Positions 1 to 14,188 of a stretch of DNA of 64,000 nucleotides are shown here, in pieces. Below the pieces are notes generated by a model. That model was given only the letters and a program-made list of their open reading frames with translations. It was not told the origin of the DNA and made no database searches. How positions within the stretch are numbered: the stretch's first letter is position 1; each line of letters opens with the position of its first letter. Made by a program: the position numbers and the translations under genes. Location: positions 306,838,001 to 306,902,000 of the forward strand of contig OZ024743.1 of assembly GCA_964016885.1 (NCBI GenBank), written 5' to 3'. This DNA comes from Eledone cirrhosa. Its lineage: Eukaryota.

Positions 1-41
1 CAATTCAATCTGTCCGGCCTGCTGTCAATTTACTTTATAAC

Positions 42-146
<105 letters not shown>

Positions 147-175
147 CACACAGAGAGAGCGAGAGAGAGAGTGAG

Positions 176-263
<88 letters not shown>

Positions 264-682
264 TGAAGAGTGGGGGATGAGAGAGAGATAATTACGTATA
301 TATTTGTGTGTGTGATATTTGGTCGTTACTTGTTCTCTTAAATCGAAAGATGACCTGAAGAAAGTTATATTTTAATCTCGACTAACCTGTAACTAAACAA
401 TATACAAATAACTGTGTCTACGTTAGGCACAAGGCCAGCAATTAACCAGTGCATTACTGGTACTTTATTTTATCGACCCCATAAGGATGCCAGGCAAAGT
501 CAACTTTGGCGGGATTTGAACTGAGATCGTAAAGGGACTAACAGACATGAAATGGAGAATCCTATAACAGATACAGTTGAGTGATATGTAATGAAACATT
601 GTTAAAAGATGAAGTAATACCTCCACTGTAATTCTCTGTTACTAATATACAAATATGATAACTGAGTATTAGTATCGACGCT

Positions 683-764
683 GGTAGTGTGGCCGAGTGG
701 TCTAAGGCGCTGGTTTTAGGCACCAGTCTCTCTGGAGACGTGGGTTCGAATCCCATCACTACCA
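683..764 (+). tRNA. trnL: tRNA-Leu(UAG), unit 1
   Basis: 82 nt, GGTAGTG...CACTACCA; A box TGGCCGAGTGG; anticodon arm CTGGT-TTTAGGC-ACCAG; long variable arm; B box GGTTCGAATCC; T-run terminator downstream. Confidence 0.92.
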
Positions 765-806
765 ATAGTTTTTGTTTCCTTACTTTTTTCATATGGCCTT
801 AATAAT

Positions 807-1013
807 TGTATCAGCTATAGACACCAGGCCATCAGTTTGGAGGGTGAGGTTGAAAGTCGATTAAATCGACTCCCGTGCATTACTGGTGCTTTATTTTATC
901 GACCCCATAAGCTTAACGTCGGCAGGGTTTGACCTCAGAACTTTAAGGGACGTAACTCTATCTCGTAAAGCATAATGTCCTATGCTTTACCGATACTGTA
1001 ATCCACCACCCTC
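807..1013 (-). mobile_element. tRNA-derived SINE with 17-bp target-site duplication (present in every array unit)
   Basis: CATATGGCCTTAATAAT at 790-806 and 1014-1030 flanks a copy of the window's common SINE (core ...ggggtcgataaaataaagcaccagtaatgcac...). Confidence 0.8.
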
Positions 1014-1389
1014 CATATGGCCTTAATAATCAATAATATTTACACATAATACATAAAGTGAGTGAAAGTGGGATGAAAAGAGGAAATGTGTGTCGTCTGA
1101 ACTAATATCCTCTACTTTCAACTAACTTAGCCTACACCTCTTGGTCCCGGCTGACAGGATGGAGAATACAGCGCCCAGGAGGACGGGTTTCGGACCTGCG
1201 GGCGGCCAACTCAGTTCCGATAGAAATGTCTAACATTGTGGCACGGTACCAATAAAAACTTGAAGTCTCCACTACGACAGGCTCTACAACGAATTACATT
1301 TTAGTAAGAGATGAAGTAATACCACATCTGTCATTATCTATGACAATCTAATATGAAAATACTATACCTAAACGTCGGAACTATGAAGT

Positions 1390-1471
1390 GGTAGCGTGGC
1401 CGAGCGGTCTAAGGCGCTGGTTTAAGGCACCAGTCTCTTCGGAGGCGTGGGTTCGAATACCACCGCTGCCA
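1390..1471 (+). tRNA. trnL: tRNA-Leu(AAG), unit 1 (T-stem/B-box variant, possibly impaired)
   Basis: GGTAGCG...CGCTGCCA, anticodon AAG, TTTTTT terminator. Has GTTCGAATACCAC instead of GTTCGAATCCCAC, which breaks the G53-C61 pair. Confidence 0.88.
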
Positions 1472-2258
1472 TTTTTTATTTTTTACTTTTTCATACATGA
1501 AGTTGATATGATTTTTAAAAGTAATTTGTAGAATGTGTGCATGCACTTACACGCATAATTAATCGTAAGGTCCCCACTGAATATAAAGAATATGATGAGT
1601 ATTTTTGCTGTCCACTCGGTTCAGCCGCGTCTGCTTAAGCTGCAAGGTGAGACCTGCAGCATCCCAGCCATGCTTGATAATCCCGTCAAGAGTAGCATGG
1701 CGTGGAAGGTGGTCGACACTATAGCGGCAACAATTGTATAAATGACATTAAAAATTGTTTAGAGGTCTTACAGAATGAAAATCTAGATTAAAAAATTCGA
1801 ATCATGTCACTCCGCGTCCCAATGTGTTCGTGAGGTGAATGAGTTAAAACGAAGGAAGGAGGGTGGTGAAAATTCTACGGATAAACAAAAAAAAATCAAA
1901 TAGCGTTTCATGATTTGCACAAAGCCTTGCACGGGTGGGTGTGGGTATGTGTGTATGTGTGATAGCGCTTTGCTCAGTGTTTACAGCGTTAGCCCTTGGT
2001 TTCGCCCGTGAATTCTTTCAGTCAAAAAGAAAATCACTCTTTTTCTTCTCTGTTTTTCTCGCTGTTTTTCCTCCTTGGAGCCTCTTGAAATGTGTTTACC
2101 ATCATTCCTTTGATATATAACTATTATGCAATACACACCTGATAATGTCACTAGGTTCATACGTAACTTGACCACTGAAATGTGCTTAGTGTTTACGGGA
2201 ATAAAAATTGGAAGCAATTCAATCTGTCCGGCCTGCTGTCAATTTACTTTATAACATA

Positions 2259-2414
<156 letters not shown>

Positions 2415-2840
2415 AGAGATGGTGAAGAGTAGGGGTGAGAGAGAGATAATTACGTATATATTTGTGTGTGTGATATTTGGTCGTTACTTGTTCTCTTAAA
2501 TCGAAAGATGACCTGAAGAAAGTTATATTTTAATCTCGACTAACCTGTAACTAAACAATATACAAATAACTGTTTCTACGTTAGGCACAAGGCCAGCAAT
2601 TAACCAGTGCATTACTGGTACTTTATTTTATCGACCCCGTAAGGATGACAGGCAAAGTCAACTTTGGCGGGATTTGAACTGAGATCGTAAAGGGACTAAC
2701 AGACATGAAATGGAGAATCCTATAACAGATACAGTTGAGTGATATGTAATGAAACATTGTTAAAAGATGAAGTAATACCTCCGCTGTAATTCTCTGTTAC
2801 TAATATACAGATATGATAACTGAGAATTAGTGTCAACGCT

Positions 2841-2922
2841 GGTAGTGTGGCCGAGTGGTCTAAGGCGCTGGTTTTAGGCACCAGTCTCTTTGGAGGCGTG
2901 GGTTCGAATCCCATCACTACCA
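2841..2922 (+). tRNA. trnL: tRNA-Leu(UAG), unit 2
   Basis: Full cloverleaf, anticodon TAG, intact A and B boxes. Confidence 0.93.
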
Positions 2923-3562
2923 ATAGTTTTTGTTTCCTTACTTTTTTTCATATGGCCTTAATAATTGTATTAGCTATAGACACCAGGCCATCAGTTTGGA
3001 GGGTGAGGTTGAAAGTCGATTAAATCGACTCCAGTGCATTACTGGTGCTTTATTTTATCGACCCCATAAGGATGAAATGCAAAGCTTAACGTCGGCAGGG
3101 TTTGACCTCAGAACTTTAAGGGACGTAACTCTATCTCGTAAAGCATAATGTCCTATGCTTTACCGATACTGTAATCCACCACCCTTCATATGGCCTTAAT
3201 AATCAATAATATTTACACATAATACATAAAGTGAGTGAAAGTGGGGTGAAAAGAAGAAATGTGTGTCGTCTGAACTAATATCCTCTACTTTCAACTAACT
3301 TAGCCTACTCCTCTTGGTCCCGGCTGACAGGATGGAGAATACAGCGCCCAGGAGGACGGGTTTCGGACCTGCGGGCGGCCAACTCCGCTCCGATAGAAAT
3401 GTGTAACATTGTGGCACGGTACCAATAAACACTTGAAGTCTCCACTACGACAGGTTCTACAACGAATTACATTTTAGTAAGAGATGAAGTAATACCACAT
3501 CTGTCATTATCTATGACAATCTAATATGAAAATACTATACCTAAACGTCGGAACTATGAAGT

Positions 3563-3644
3563 GGTAGCGTGGCCGAGCGGTCTAAGGCGCTGGTTTAAGG
3601 CACCAGTCTCTTCGGAGGCGTGGGTTCGAATCCCACCGCTGCCA
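3563..3644 (+). tRNA. trnL: tRNA-Leu(AAG), unit 2
   Basis: Canonical metazoan Leu(AAG) cloverleaf with T6 terminator. Confidence 0.97.
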
Positions 3645-4429
3645 TTTTTTATTTTTTACTTTTTCATACATGAAGTTGATATGATTTTTAAAAGTAATTT
3701 GTAGAATGTGTGCATGCACTTACACGCATAATTAATCGTAAGGTCCCCACTGAATATAAAGAATATGATGAGTATTTTTGCTGTCCACTCGGTTCAGCCG
3801 CGTCTGCTTAAGCTGCAAGGTGAGACCTGCAGCATCCCAGCCATGCTTGATAATCCCGTCAAGAGTAGCATGGCGTGGAAGGTGGTCGACACTATAGCGG
3901 CAACAATTGTATAAATGACATTAAAAATTGTTTAGAGGTCTTACAGAATGAAAATCTAGATAAAAAAAAGTCGAATCATGTCACTCCGCGTCCCAATGTG
4001 TTCGTGAGGTGAATGAGTTAAAACGAAGGAAGGAGGGTGGTGAAAATTCTACGGATAAACAAAAAAAAATCAAATAGCGTTTCATGATTTGCACAAAGCC
4101 TTGCACGGGTGGGTGTGGGTATGTGTGTATGTGTGATAGCGCTTTGCTCAGTGTTTACAGCGTTAGCCCTTGGTTTCGCCCGTGAATTCTTTCAGTCAAA
4201 AAGAAAATCACTCTTTTTCTTCTCTGTTTTTCTCGCTGTTTTTCCTCCTTGGAGCCTCTTGAAATGTGTTTACCATCATTCCTTTGATATATAACTATTA
4301 TGCAATACACACCTGATAATGTCACTAGGTTCATACGTAACTTGACCACTGAAATGTGCTTAGTGTTTACGGGAATAAAAATTGGAAGCAATTCAATCTG
4401 TCCGGCCTGCTGTCAATTTACTTTATAAC

Positions 4430-4496
<67 letters not shown>

Positions 4497-4555
4497 AGAG
4501 AGAGAGAGAGAGAGGGGGGGGGGGGGCAGAGAGAGAGAGCGAGAGAGAGAGTGAG

Positions 4556-4619
<64 letters not shown>

Positions 4620-5038
4620 TGAAGAGTGGGGGATGAGAGAGAGATAATTACGTATATATTTGTGTGTGTGATATTTGGTCGTTACTTGTTCTCTTAAATC
4701 GAAAGATGACCTGAAGAAAGTTATATTTTAATCTCGACTAACCTGTAACTAAACAATATACAAATAACTGTGTCTACGTTAGGCACAAGGCCAGCAATTA
4801 ACCAGTGCATTACTGGTACTTTATTTTATCGACCCCATAAGGATGCCAGGCAAAGTCAACTTTGGCGGGATTTGAACTCAGATCGTAAAGGGACTAACAG
4901 ACATGAAATGGAGAATCCTATAACAGATACAGTTGAGTGATATGTAATGAAACATTGTTAAAAGATGAAGTAATACCTCCACTGTAATTCTCTGTTACTA
5001 ATATACAAATATGATAACTGAGTATTAGTATCGACGCT

Positions 5039-5120
5039 GGTAGTGTGGCCGAGTGGTCTAAGGCGCTGGTTTTAGGCACCAGTCTCTCTGGAGACGTGTG
5101 TTCGAATCCCATCACTACCA
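5039..5120 (+). tRNA. trnL: tRNA-Leu(UAG), unit 3 (T-stem mismatch)
   Basis: Anticodon TAG; GTGTGTTCG instead of GTGGGTTCG. Confidence 0.87.
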
Positions 5121-5745
5121 ATAGTTTTTGTTTCCTTACTTTTTTCATATGGCCTTAATAATTGTATCAGCTATAGACACCAGGCCATCAGTTTGGAGGG
5201 TGAGGTTGAAAGTCGATTAAATCGACTCCCGTGCATTACTGGTGCTTTATTTTATCGACCCCATAAGCTTAACGTCGGCAGGGTTTGACCTCAGAACTTT
5301 AAGGGACGTAACTCTATCTCGTAAAGCATAATGTCCTATGCTTTACCGATACTGTAATCCACCACCCTCCATATGGCCTTAATAATCAATAATATTTACA
5401 CATAATACATAAAGTGAGTGAAAGTGGGATGAAAAGAGGAAATGTGTGTCGTCTGAACTAATATCCTCTACTTTCAACTAACTTAGCCTACACCTCTTGG
5501 TCCCGGCTGACAGGATGGAGAATACAGCGCCCAGGAGGACGGGTTTCGGACCTGCGGGCGGCCAACTCAGTTCCGATAGAAATGTCTAACATTGTGGCAC
5601 GGTACCAATAAAAACTTGAAGTCTCCACTACGACAGGCTCTACAACGAATTACATTTTAGTAAGAGATGAAGTAATACCACATCTGTCATTATCTATGAC
5701 AATCTAATATGAAAATACTATACCTAAACGTCGGAACTATGAAGT

Positions 5746-5827
5746 GGTAGCGTGGCCGAGCGGTCTAAGGCGCTGGTTTAAGGCACCAGTCTCTTCGGAG
5801 GCGTGGGTTCGAATCCCACCGCTGCCA
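5746..5827 (+). tRNA. trnL: tRNA-Leu(AAG), unit 3
   Basis: Identical to the unit-2 copy. Confidence 0.97.
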
Positions 5828-6612
5828 TTTTTTATTTTTTACTTTTTCATACATGAAGTTGATATGATTTTTAAAAGTAATTTGTAGAATGTGTGCATGC
5901 ACTTACACGCATAATTAATCGTAAGGTCCCCACTGAATATAAAGAATATGATGAGTATTTTTGCTGTCCACTCGGTTCAGCCGCGTCTGCTTAAGCTGCA
6001 AGGTGAGACCTGCAGCATCCCAGCCATGCTTGATAATCCCGTCAAGAGTAGCATGGCGTGGAAGGTGGTCGACACTATAGCGGCAACAATTGTATAAATG
6101 ACATTAAAAATTGTTTAGAGGTCTTACAGAATGAAAATCTAGATAAAAAAAAGTCGAATCATGTCACTCCGCGTCCCAATGTGTTCGTGAGGTGAATGAG
6201 TTAAAACGAAGGAAGGAGGGTGGTGAAAATTCTACGGATAAACAAAAAAAAATCAAATAGCGTTTCATGATTTGCACAAAGCCTTGCACGGGTGGGTGTG
6301 GGTATGTGTGTATGTGTGATAGCGCTTTGCTCAGTGTTTACAGCGTTAGCCCTTGGTTTCGCCCGTGAATTCTTTCAGTCAAAAAGAAAATCACTCTTTT
6401 TCTTCTCTGTTTTTCTCGCTGTTTTTCCTCCTTGGAGCCTCTTGAAATGTGTTTACCATCATTCCTTTGATATATAACTATTATGCAATACACACCTGAT
6501 AATGTCACTAGGTTCATACGTAACTTGACCACTGAAATGTGCTTAGTGTTTACGGGAATAAAAATTGGAAGCAATTCAATCTGTCCGGCCTGCTGTCAAT
6601 TTACTTTATAAC

Positions 6613-6683
<71 letters not shown>

Positions 6684-6739
6684 AGAGAGAGAGAGAGAGA
6701 GAGGGGGGGGCAGAGAGAGAGAGCGAGAGAGAGAGTGAG

Positions 6740-6809
<70 letters not shown>

Positions 6810-7228
6810 TGAAGAGTGGGGGATGAGAGAGAGATAATTACGTATATATTTGTGTGTGTGATATTTGGTCGTTACTTGTTCTCTTAAATCGAAAGATGAC
6901 CTGAAGAAAGTTATATTTTAATCTCGACTAACCTGTAACTAAACAATATACAAATAACTGTGTCTACGTTAGGCACAAGGCCAGCAATTAACCAGTGCAT
7001 TACTGGTACTTTATTTTATCGACCCCATAAGGATGCCAGGCAAAGTCAACTTTGGCGGGATTTGAACTCAGATCGTAAAGGGACTAACAGACATGAAATG
7101 GAGAATCCTATAACAGATACAGTTGAGTGATATGTAATGAAACATTGTTAAAAGATGAAGTAATACCTCCACTGTAATTCTCTGTTACTAATATACAAAT
7201 ATGATAACTGAGTATTAGTATCGACGCT

Positions 7229-7310
7229 GGTAGTGTGGCCGAGTGGTCTAAGGCGCTGGTTTTAGGCACCAGTCTCTCTGGAGACGTGTGTTCGAATCCC
7301 ATCACTACCA
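7229..7310 (+). tRNA. trnL: tRNA-Leu(UAG), unit 4 (T-stem mismatch)
   Basis: Identical to the unit-3 variant (GTGTGTTCG). Confidence 0.87.
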
Positions 7311-7935
7311 ATAGTTTTTGTTTCCTTACTTTTTTCATATGGCCTTAATAATTGTATCAGCTATAGACACCAGGCCATCAGTTTGGAGGGTGAGGTTGAA
7401 AGTCGATTAAATCGACTCCCGTGCATTACTGGTGCTTTATTTTATCGACCCCATAAGCTTAACGTCGGCAGGGTTTGACCTCAGAACTTTAAGGGACGTA
7501 ACTCTATCTCGTAAAGCATAATGTCCTATGCTTTACCGATACTGTAATCCACCACCCTCCATATGGCCTTAATAATCAATAATATTTACACATAATACAT
7601 AAAGTGAGTGAAAGTGGGATGAAAAGAGGAAATGTGTGTCGTCTGAACTAATATCCTCTACTTTCAACTAACTTAGCCTACACCTCTTGGTTCCGGCTGA
7701 CAGGATGGAGAATACAGCGCCTACGAGGACGGGTTTTGGACCTGCGGGCGGCCAACTCCGCTCCGATAGAAATGTGTAACATTGTGGCACGGTACCAATA
7801 AACACTTGAAGTCTCCACTACGACAGGCTCTACAACGAATTACATTTTAGTAAGAGATGAAGTAATACCACATCTGTCATTATCTATGACAATCTAATAT
7901 GAAAATACTATACCTAAACGTCGGAACTATGAAGT

Positions 7936-8017
7936 GGTAGCGTGGCCGAGCGGTCTAAGGCGCTGGTTTAAGGCACCAGTCTCTTCGGAGGCGTGGGTTC
8001 GAATCCCACCGCTGCCA
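7936..8017 (+). tRNA. trnL: tRNA-Leu(AAG), unit 4
   Basis: Identical to the unit-2 copy. Confidence 0.97.
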
Positions 8018-8803
8018 TTTTTTATTTTTTACTTTTTCATACATGAAGTTGATATGATTTTTAAAAGTAATTTGTAGAATGTGTGCATGCACTTACACGC
8101 ATAATTAATCGTAAGGTCCCCACTGAATATAAAGAATATGATGAGTATTTTTGCTGTCCACTCGGTTCAGCCGCGTCTGCTTAAGCTGCAAGGTGAGACC
8201 TGCAGCATCCCAGCCATGCTTGATAATCCCGTCAAGAGCAGCATGGCGTGGAAGGTGGTCGACACTATAGCGGCAACAATTGTATAAATGACATTAAAAA
8301 TTGTTTAGAGGTCTTACAGAATGAAAATCTAGATAAAAAAAAGTCGAATCATGTCACTCCGCGTCCCAATGTGTTCGTGAGGTGAATGAGTTAAAACGAA
8401 GGAAGGAGGGTGGTGAAAATTCTACGGATAAACAAAAAAAAATCAAATAGCGTTTCATTAATTTGCACAAAGCCTTGCACGGGTGGGTGTGGGTATGTGT
8501 GTATGTGTGATAGCGCTTTGCTCAGTGTTTACAGCGTTAGCCCTTGGTTTCGCCCGTGAATTCTTTCAGTCAAAAAGAAAATCACTCTTTTTCTTCTCTG
8601 TTTTTCTCGCTGTTTTTCCTCCTTGGAGCCTCTTGAAATGTGTTTACCATCATTCCTTTGATATATAACTATTATGCAATACACACCTGATAATGTCACT
8701 AGGTTCATACGTAACTTGACCACTGAAATGTGCTTAGTGTTTACGGGAATACAAATTGGAAGCAATTCAATCCGTCCGGCCTGCTGTCAATTTACTTTAT
8801 AAC

Positions 8804-8852
<49 letters not shown>

Positions 8853-8862
8853 TATATGGAGA

Positions 8863-8910
<48 letters not shown>

Positions 8911-8940
8911 CAGAGAGAGAGAGCGAGAGAGAGAGTGAGA

Positions 8941-9014
<74 letters not shown>

Positions 9015-9436
9015 TGGTGAAGAGTGGGGGATGAGAGAGAGATAATTACGTATATATTTGTGTGTGTGATATTTGGTCGTTACTTGTTCTCTTAAATCGA
9101 AAGATGACCTGAAGAAAGTTATATTTTAATCTCGACTAACCTGTAACTAAACAATATACAAATAACTGTGTCTACGTTAGGCACAAGGCCAGCAATTAAC
9201 CAGTGCATTACTGGTACTTTATTTTATCGACCCCATAAGGATGACAGGCAAAGTCAACTTTGGCGGGATTTGAACTCGGATCGTAAAGGGACTAACAGAC
9301 ATGAAATGGAGAATCCTATAACAGATACAGTTGAGTGATATGTAATGAAACATTGTTAAAAGATGAAGTAATACCTCCACTGTAATTCTCTGTTACTAAT
9401 ATACAAATATGATAACTGAGTATTAGTATCGACGCT

Positions 9437-9518
9437 GGTAGTGTGGCCGAGTGGTCTAAGGCGCTGGTTTTAGGCACCAGTCGCTCTGGAGACGTGGGTT
9501 CGAATCCCATCACAACCA
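9437..9518 (+). tRNA. trnL: tRNA-Leu(UAG), unit 5 (acceptor-stem and variable-arm mismatches)
   Basis: Anticodon TAG; 3' end CACAACCA gives an A4:A69 mismatch; variable arm TCGCTCTGGAGAC. Confidence 0.85.
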
Positions 9519-10143
9519 ATAGTTTTTGTTTCCTTACTTTTTTCATATGGCCTTAATAATTGTATCAGCTATAGGCACCAGGCCATCAATTTGGAGGGTG
9601 AAGTTGAAAGTCGATTAAATCGACTCCCGTGCATTACTGGTGCTTTATTTTATCGACCCCATAAGCTTAACGTCGGCAGGGTTTGACCTCAGAACTTTAA
9701 GGGACGTAACTCTATCTCGTAAAGCATAATGTCCTATGCTTTACCGATACTGTAATCCACCACCCTTCATATGGCCTTAATAATCAATAATATTTACACA
9801 TAATACATAAAGTGAGTGAAAGTGGGGTGAAAAGAAGAAATGTGTGTCGTCTGAACTAATATCCTCTACTTTCAACTAACATAGCCTACTCCTCTTGGTC
9901 CCGGCTGACAGGATGGAGAATACAGCGCCCAGAAGGACAGGTTTCGGAGCTGCGGGCGGCCAACTCCGCTCCGATAGAAATGTGTAACATTGTGGCACGG
10001 TACCAATAAACACTTGAAGTCTCCACTACGACAGGCTCTACAACGAATTACATTTTAGTAAGAGATGAAGTAATACCACATCTGTCATTATCTATGACAA
10101 TCTAATATGAAAATACTATACCTAAACGTCGGAACTATGAAGT

Positions 10144-10225
10144 GGTAGCGTGGCCGAGCGGTCTAAGGCGCTGGTTTAAGGCACCAGTCTCTTCGGAGGC
10201 GTGGGTTCGAATCCCACCGCTGCCA
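10144..10225 (+). tRNA. trnL: tRNA-Leu(AAG), unit 5
   Basis: Identical to the unit-2 copy. Confidence 0.97.
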
Positions 10226-11013
10226 TTTTTTATTTTTTACTTTTTCATACATGAAGTTGATATGATTTTTAAAAGTAATTTGTAGAATGTGTGCATGCAC
10301 TTACACGCATAATTAATCGTAAGGTCCCCACTGAATATAAAGAATATGATGAGTATTTTTGCTGTCCACTCGGTTCAGCCGCGTCTGCTTAAGCTGCAAG
10401 GTGAGACCTGCAGCATCCCAGCCATGCTTGATAATCCCGTCAAGAGTAGCATGGCGTGGAAGGTGGTCGACACTATAGCGGCAACAATTGTATAAATGAC
10501 ATTAAAAATTGTTTAGAGGTCTTACAGAATGAAAATCTAGATAAAAAAAAGTCGAATCATGTCACTCCGCGTCCCAATGTGTTCGTGAGGTGAATGAGTT
10601 AAAACGAAGGAAGGAGGGTGGTGAAAATTCTACGGATAAACAAAAAAAAATCAAATAGCGTTTCATGATTTGCACAAAGCCTTGCACGGGTGGGTGTGGG
10701 TATGTGTGTATGTGTGATAGCGCTTTGCTCAGTGTTTACAGCGTTAGCCCTTGGTTTCGCCCGTGAATTCTTTCAGTCAAAAAGAAAATCACTCTTTTTC
10801 TTCTCTGTTTTTCTCGCTGTTTTTCCTCCTTGGAGCCTCTTGAAATGTGTTTACCATCATTCCTTTGATATATAACTATTATGCAATACACACCTGATAA
10901 TGTCACTAGGTTCATACGTAACTTGACCACTGAAATGTGCTTAGTGTTTACGGGAATAAAAATTGGAAGCAATTCAATCTGTCCGGCCTGCTGTCAATTT
11001 ACTTTATAACATA

Positions 11014-11111
<98 letters not shown>

Positions 11112-11117
11112 GGGGGT

Positions 11118-11161
<44 letters not shown>

Positions 11162-11256
11162 GAGAGAGAGAGAGAGTGAGAAAGTGAGAGAGAGAGAGAG
11201 AAAGAGACAGAGAGAGGGGGAGATGAGAGGGAGGGGTAAGTGAGAGAGGGGGGTTA

Positions 11257-11295
<39 letters not shown>

Positions 11296-11718
11296 TGGTG
11301 AAGAGTGGGAGAGAGAGAGAGAGATAATTACGTATATATTTGTGTGTGTGATATTTGGTCGTTACTTGTTCTCTTAAATCGAAAGATGACCTGAAGAAAG
11401 TTATATTTTAATCTCGACTAACCTGTAACTAAACAATATACAAATAACTGTTTCTACGTTAGGCACAAGGCCAGCAATTAACCAGTGCATTACTGGTACT
11501 TTATTTTATCGACCCCGTAAGGATGACAGGCAAAGTCAACTTTGGCGGGATTTGAACTGAGATCGTAAAGGGACTAACAGACATGAAATGGAGAATCCTA
11601 TAACAGATACAGTTGAGTGATATGTAATGAAACATTGTTAAAAGATGAAGTAATACCTCCACTCTAATTCTCTGTTACTAATATACAAATATGATAACTG
11701 AGAATTAGTGTCAACGCT

Positions 11719-11800
11719 GGTAGTGTGGCCGAGTGGTCTATGGCGCTGGTTTTAGGCACCAGTCTCTTTGGAGGCGTGGGTTCGAATCCCATCACTGCCA
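11719..11800 (+). tRNA. trnL: tRNA-Leu(UAG), unit 6
   Basis: Anticodon TAG; D-arm variant TCTATGGC; 3' end CACTGCCA. Confidence 0.88.
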
Positions 11801-12090
11801 ATAGTTTTTGTTTCCTTACTTTTTTCATATGGCCTTAATAATTGTATCAGCTATAGGCACCAGGCCATCAGTTTGGAGGGGGGGGGGAGTTGAAAGTCGA
11901 TTAAATCGACTCCAGTGCATTACTGGGGCTTTATTTTATCGACCCCATAAGGATGAAATGCAAAGCTTAACGTCGGCAGGGTTTGACCTCAGAACGTTAA
12001 GGGACGTAACTCTATCTCGTAAAGTATAATGTCCTATGCTTTACCGATACTGTAATCCACCACCCTTCATGTGGCCTTAATAATCAATAA

Positions 12091-12270
12091 TTGTTTCTAC
12101 TTTAGGCACAAGGCCAACAATCACCCAGTGCATTACTGGTACTTTATTTTATCGACCCCGTAAGGATGAAAGGAAAAGTCAACCTTGGCGGGATTTGAAC
12201 TCAGATCGTAAAGGGAATAACTATGCTGGAAAGCATGGCGTCCGACCCTCTACCGATACTGCCAATCCAA
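12091..12270 (-). mobile_element. tRNA-derived SINE at the array breakpoint
   Basis: Minus strand has TGGCAGTATCGGT (A box), GTTCAAATCCC (B box) and the shared core. It sits where the Leu(AAG) half of unit 6 would be. Confidence 0.75.
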
Positions 12271-13278
12271 TTTACACATAATACATCATTGTTTCTACTT
12301 TTGGCACAAGGCCAGCAAATACACAGTACATTACTGGTACTTTATTTTATCGTGTGTATGTGTGAAAGCGCATGGCTCAGTGTTTACAACGTTAGCTCTT
12401 GGTTTCGCCCGTGAATTCTTTCAGTCAAAAAGAACATCAGTCTTTTTCTTCTCTGTTTTTCTCTCTGTTTTTCCTCCTTGGAGCCTCTTGAAATGTGTTT
12501 ACCATCATTCCTCTGATATATAACTATTATGCAATACACACCTGATAATGTCACTAGGTTCATACGTAACCTGACCACTGAAATGTGCTTAGTGTCTACG
12601 GGAATAAAAATTGGAAGGAATTCAATCTATCCGGCCTGCAGTCAATTTACTTTATAACTCCGCAGCGCCCTTATTATCATATTTACACATATCTTTTCCT
12701 CTGCTGCTACACCGTCTTTTTCGTTCTACGTATCTTTACTCTTTCTAGCAGTCTCTCTCTCTGTTAGCCTCTTCCTCACCTCACCCTTCACTCACTCATC
12801 CTCTGTCACTACCTCTCCTCCTCCTCCTCTTTCTTCCCGTTTGACCTGTGAGTAACACTTTTCTCTCACATTCTCGGCCAAGCTGGTCGGAATTTTTTTC
12901 TCTCTCGTCTACGATTTCACAGAACTTATGTTTACCGAATTCGCAGACCAGACCCCTTCTTCCTCCCGTTAGACCTGTGCGAAATTCCTTCCTTGCTCAC
13001 ATTTCAACCAGGTTTGATGGTCTTTATTCTCTCGTTCACGATTTCACCGAACTTAAACTCATAGAAATCTCGGACTTGTCTCCTTCTTCCTCACTTTCTG
13101 TTGCCTCACCATTTTGTTTGTTTACCCTCGCGTCCCCTTTATTTACGTGTCCCAACGACTTTTTTTAGCCGTTGCTCGCACCAACCGGAGGTATATGGTC
13201 TTTAAAGCGATGAAATGCCTATGATAGTTGGAAGATCACTGATGAAAGACAAACTTTTTTCATATATATATATATATA

Positions 13279-13985
13279 ATGAAAAATAAAAGTTACGGGC
13301 GAAAGTGAGTCAGTTGTCTACTAGGAATCATTGGTATTTCTTCGCGTTCGAGACAATATACCTCAGCCCAGGGTGAAAAATAACAAGAATAATTATTGGG
13401 ATAAAAGAAGGTGAAGCAACGTAAAGAGAGTGAAAATAGGAAAAATATCAAGTCAACAACTCATTTCGAACGTAAGAACTGGCGAATTTTGATGAGAGAG
13501 AAAAAAGACACGTCTTAGCTGTAGCAGTGTTAGCGAGAGAAGAGGCTGCGTACAGTGGCGGACGAGGGAGGAAGTGAGCTAGCGAAGAGAGGATGACTAG
13601 CAGAGAGAGAGAGAATGAAAGTAAGAGGAAGCGAGAAAGAGATAGTTATATGGGAGGCTAGCCGAGAGAAGGTGACTAGTATAAGGGGTGAGCGAAAGTA
13701 AGAGGGAGGAGAGAAAATGGGGAGAGAGAGGATAGCAACAAGGCGAGAGAAAAGAGACGGGTCACAGCGAAGAAGGAAGCTTATATGAATATAATGGCGA
13801 GCTGAAAATGAAAAATAAAAGTTACGGACGAAATAGAGGAGTATCCATCGTCAGTTGTCTACTAAAAATAATTGGTATTTCTTCGCGTTAGAGACAATAT
13901 ACCTCAGCCTAGGGCGAGCGAAGAAATACCAATGATTCCTAGTAGACAACTGACGATGGACACTCCTCTCTTTCGCCCGTAACTT
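13279..13985 (-). mobile_element. Penelope-like element remnant: direct pseudo-LTR copies plus an inverted tail
   Basis: 13279-13375 is repeated at 13808-13913. 13820-13886 is the inverted repeat of 13918-13985. Contains a degenerate hammerhead-like core CTGACGA-TGGA...TCC-GTAA. Flanked by (TA)n. Confidence 0.5.
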
Positions 13986-14128
13986 ATATATATATATATA
14001 TATATACATATATACCAACATAAGAGCAAGAATGACGGAGTCATTCTACGGACATGACTTAAGAGGCTGTTTGTATAATTGCAAACGAATCGAATATTAT
14101 TATTAGTATTCGAAAAGCTCAGATTTAC

Positions 14129-14188
<60 letters not shown>

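Noticed and set aside
562-792. Repeated 67-76 aa minus-strand ORFs (MGFEPTSPERLVPKTSALDHSATLP)
   Set aside because: Antisense translation of the tRNA-Leu genes.
1935-2217. Recurrent 61-aa and 78-aa ORFs in each array unit
   Set aside because: They recur only because the unit is repeated; non-ATG starts and no recognisable motif.
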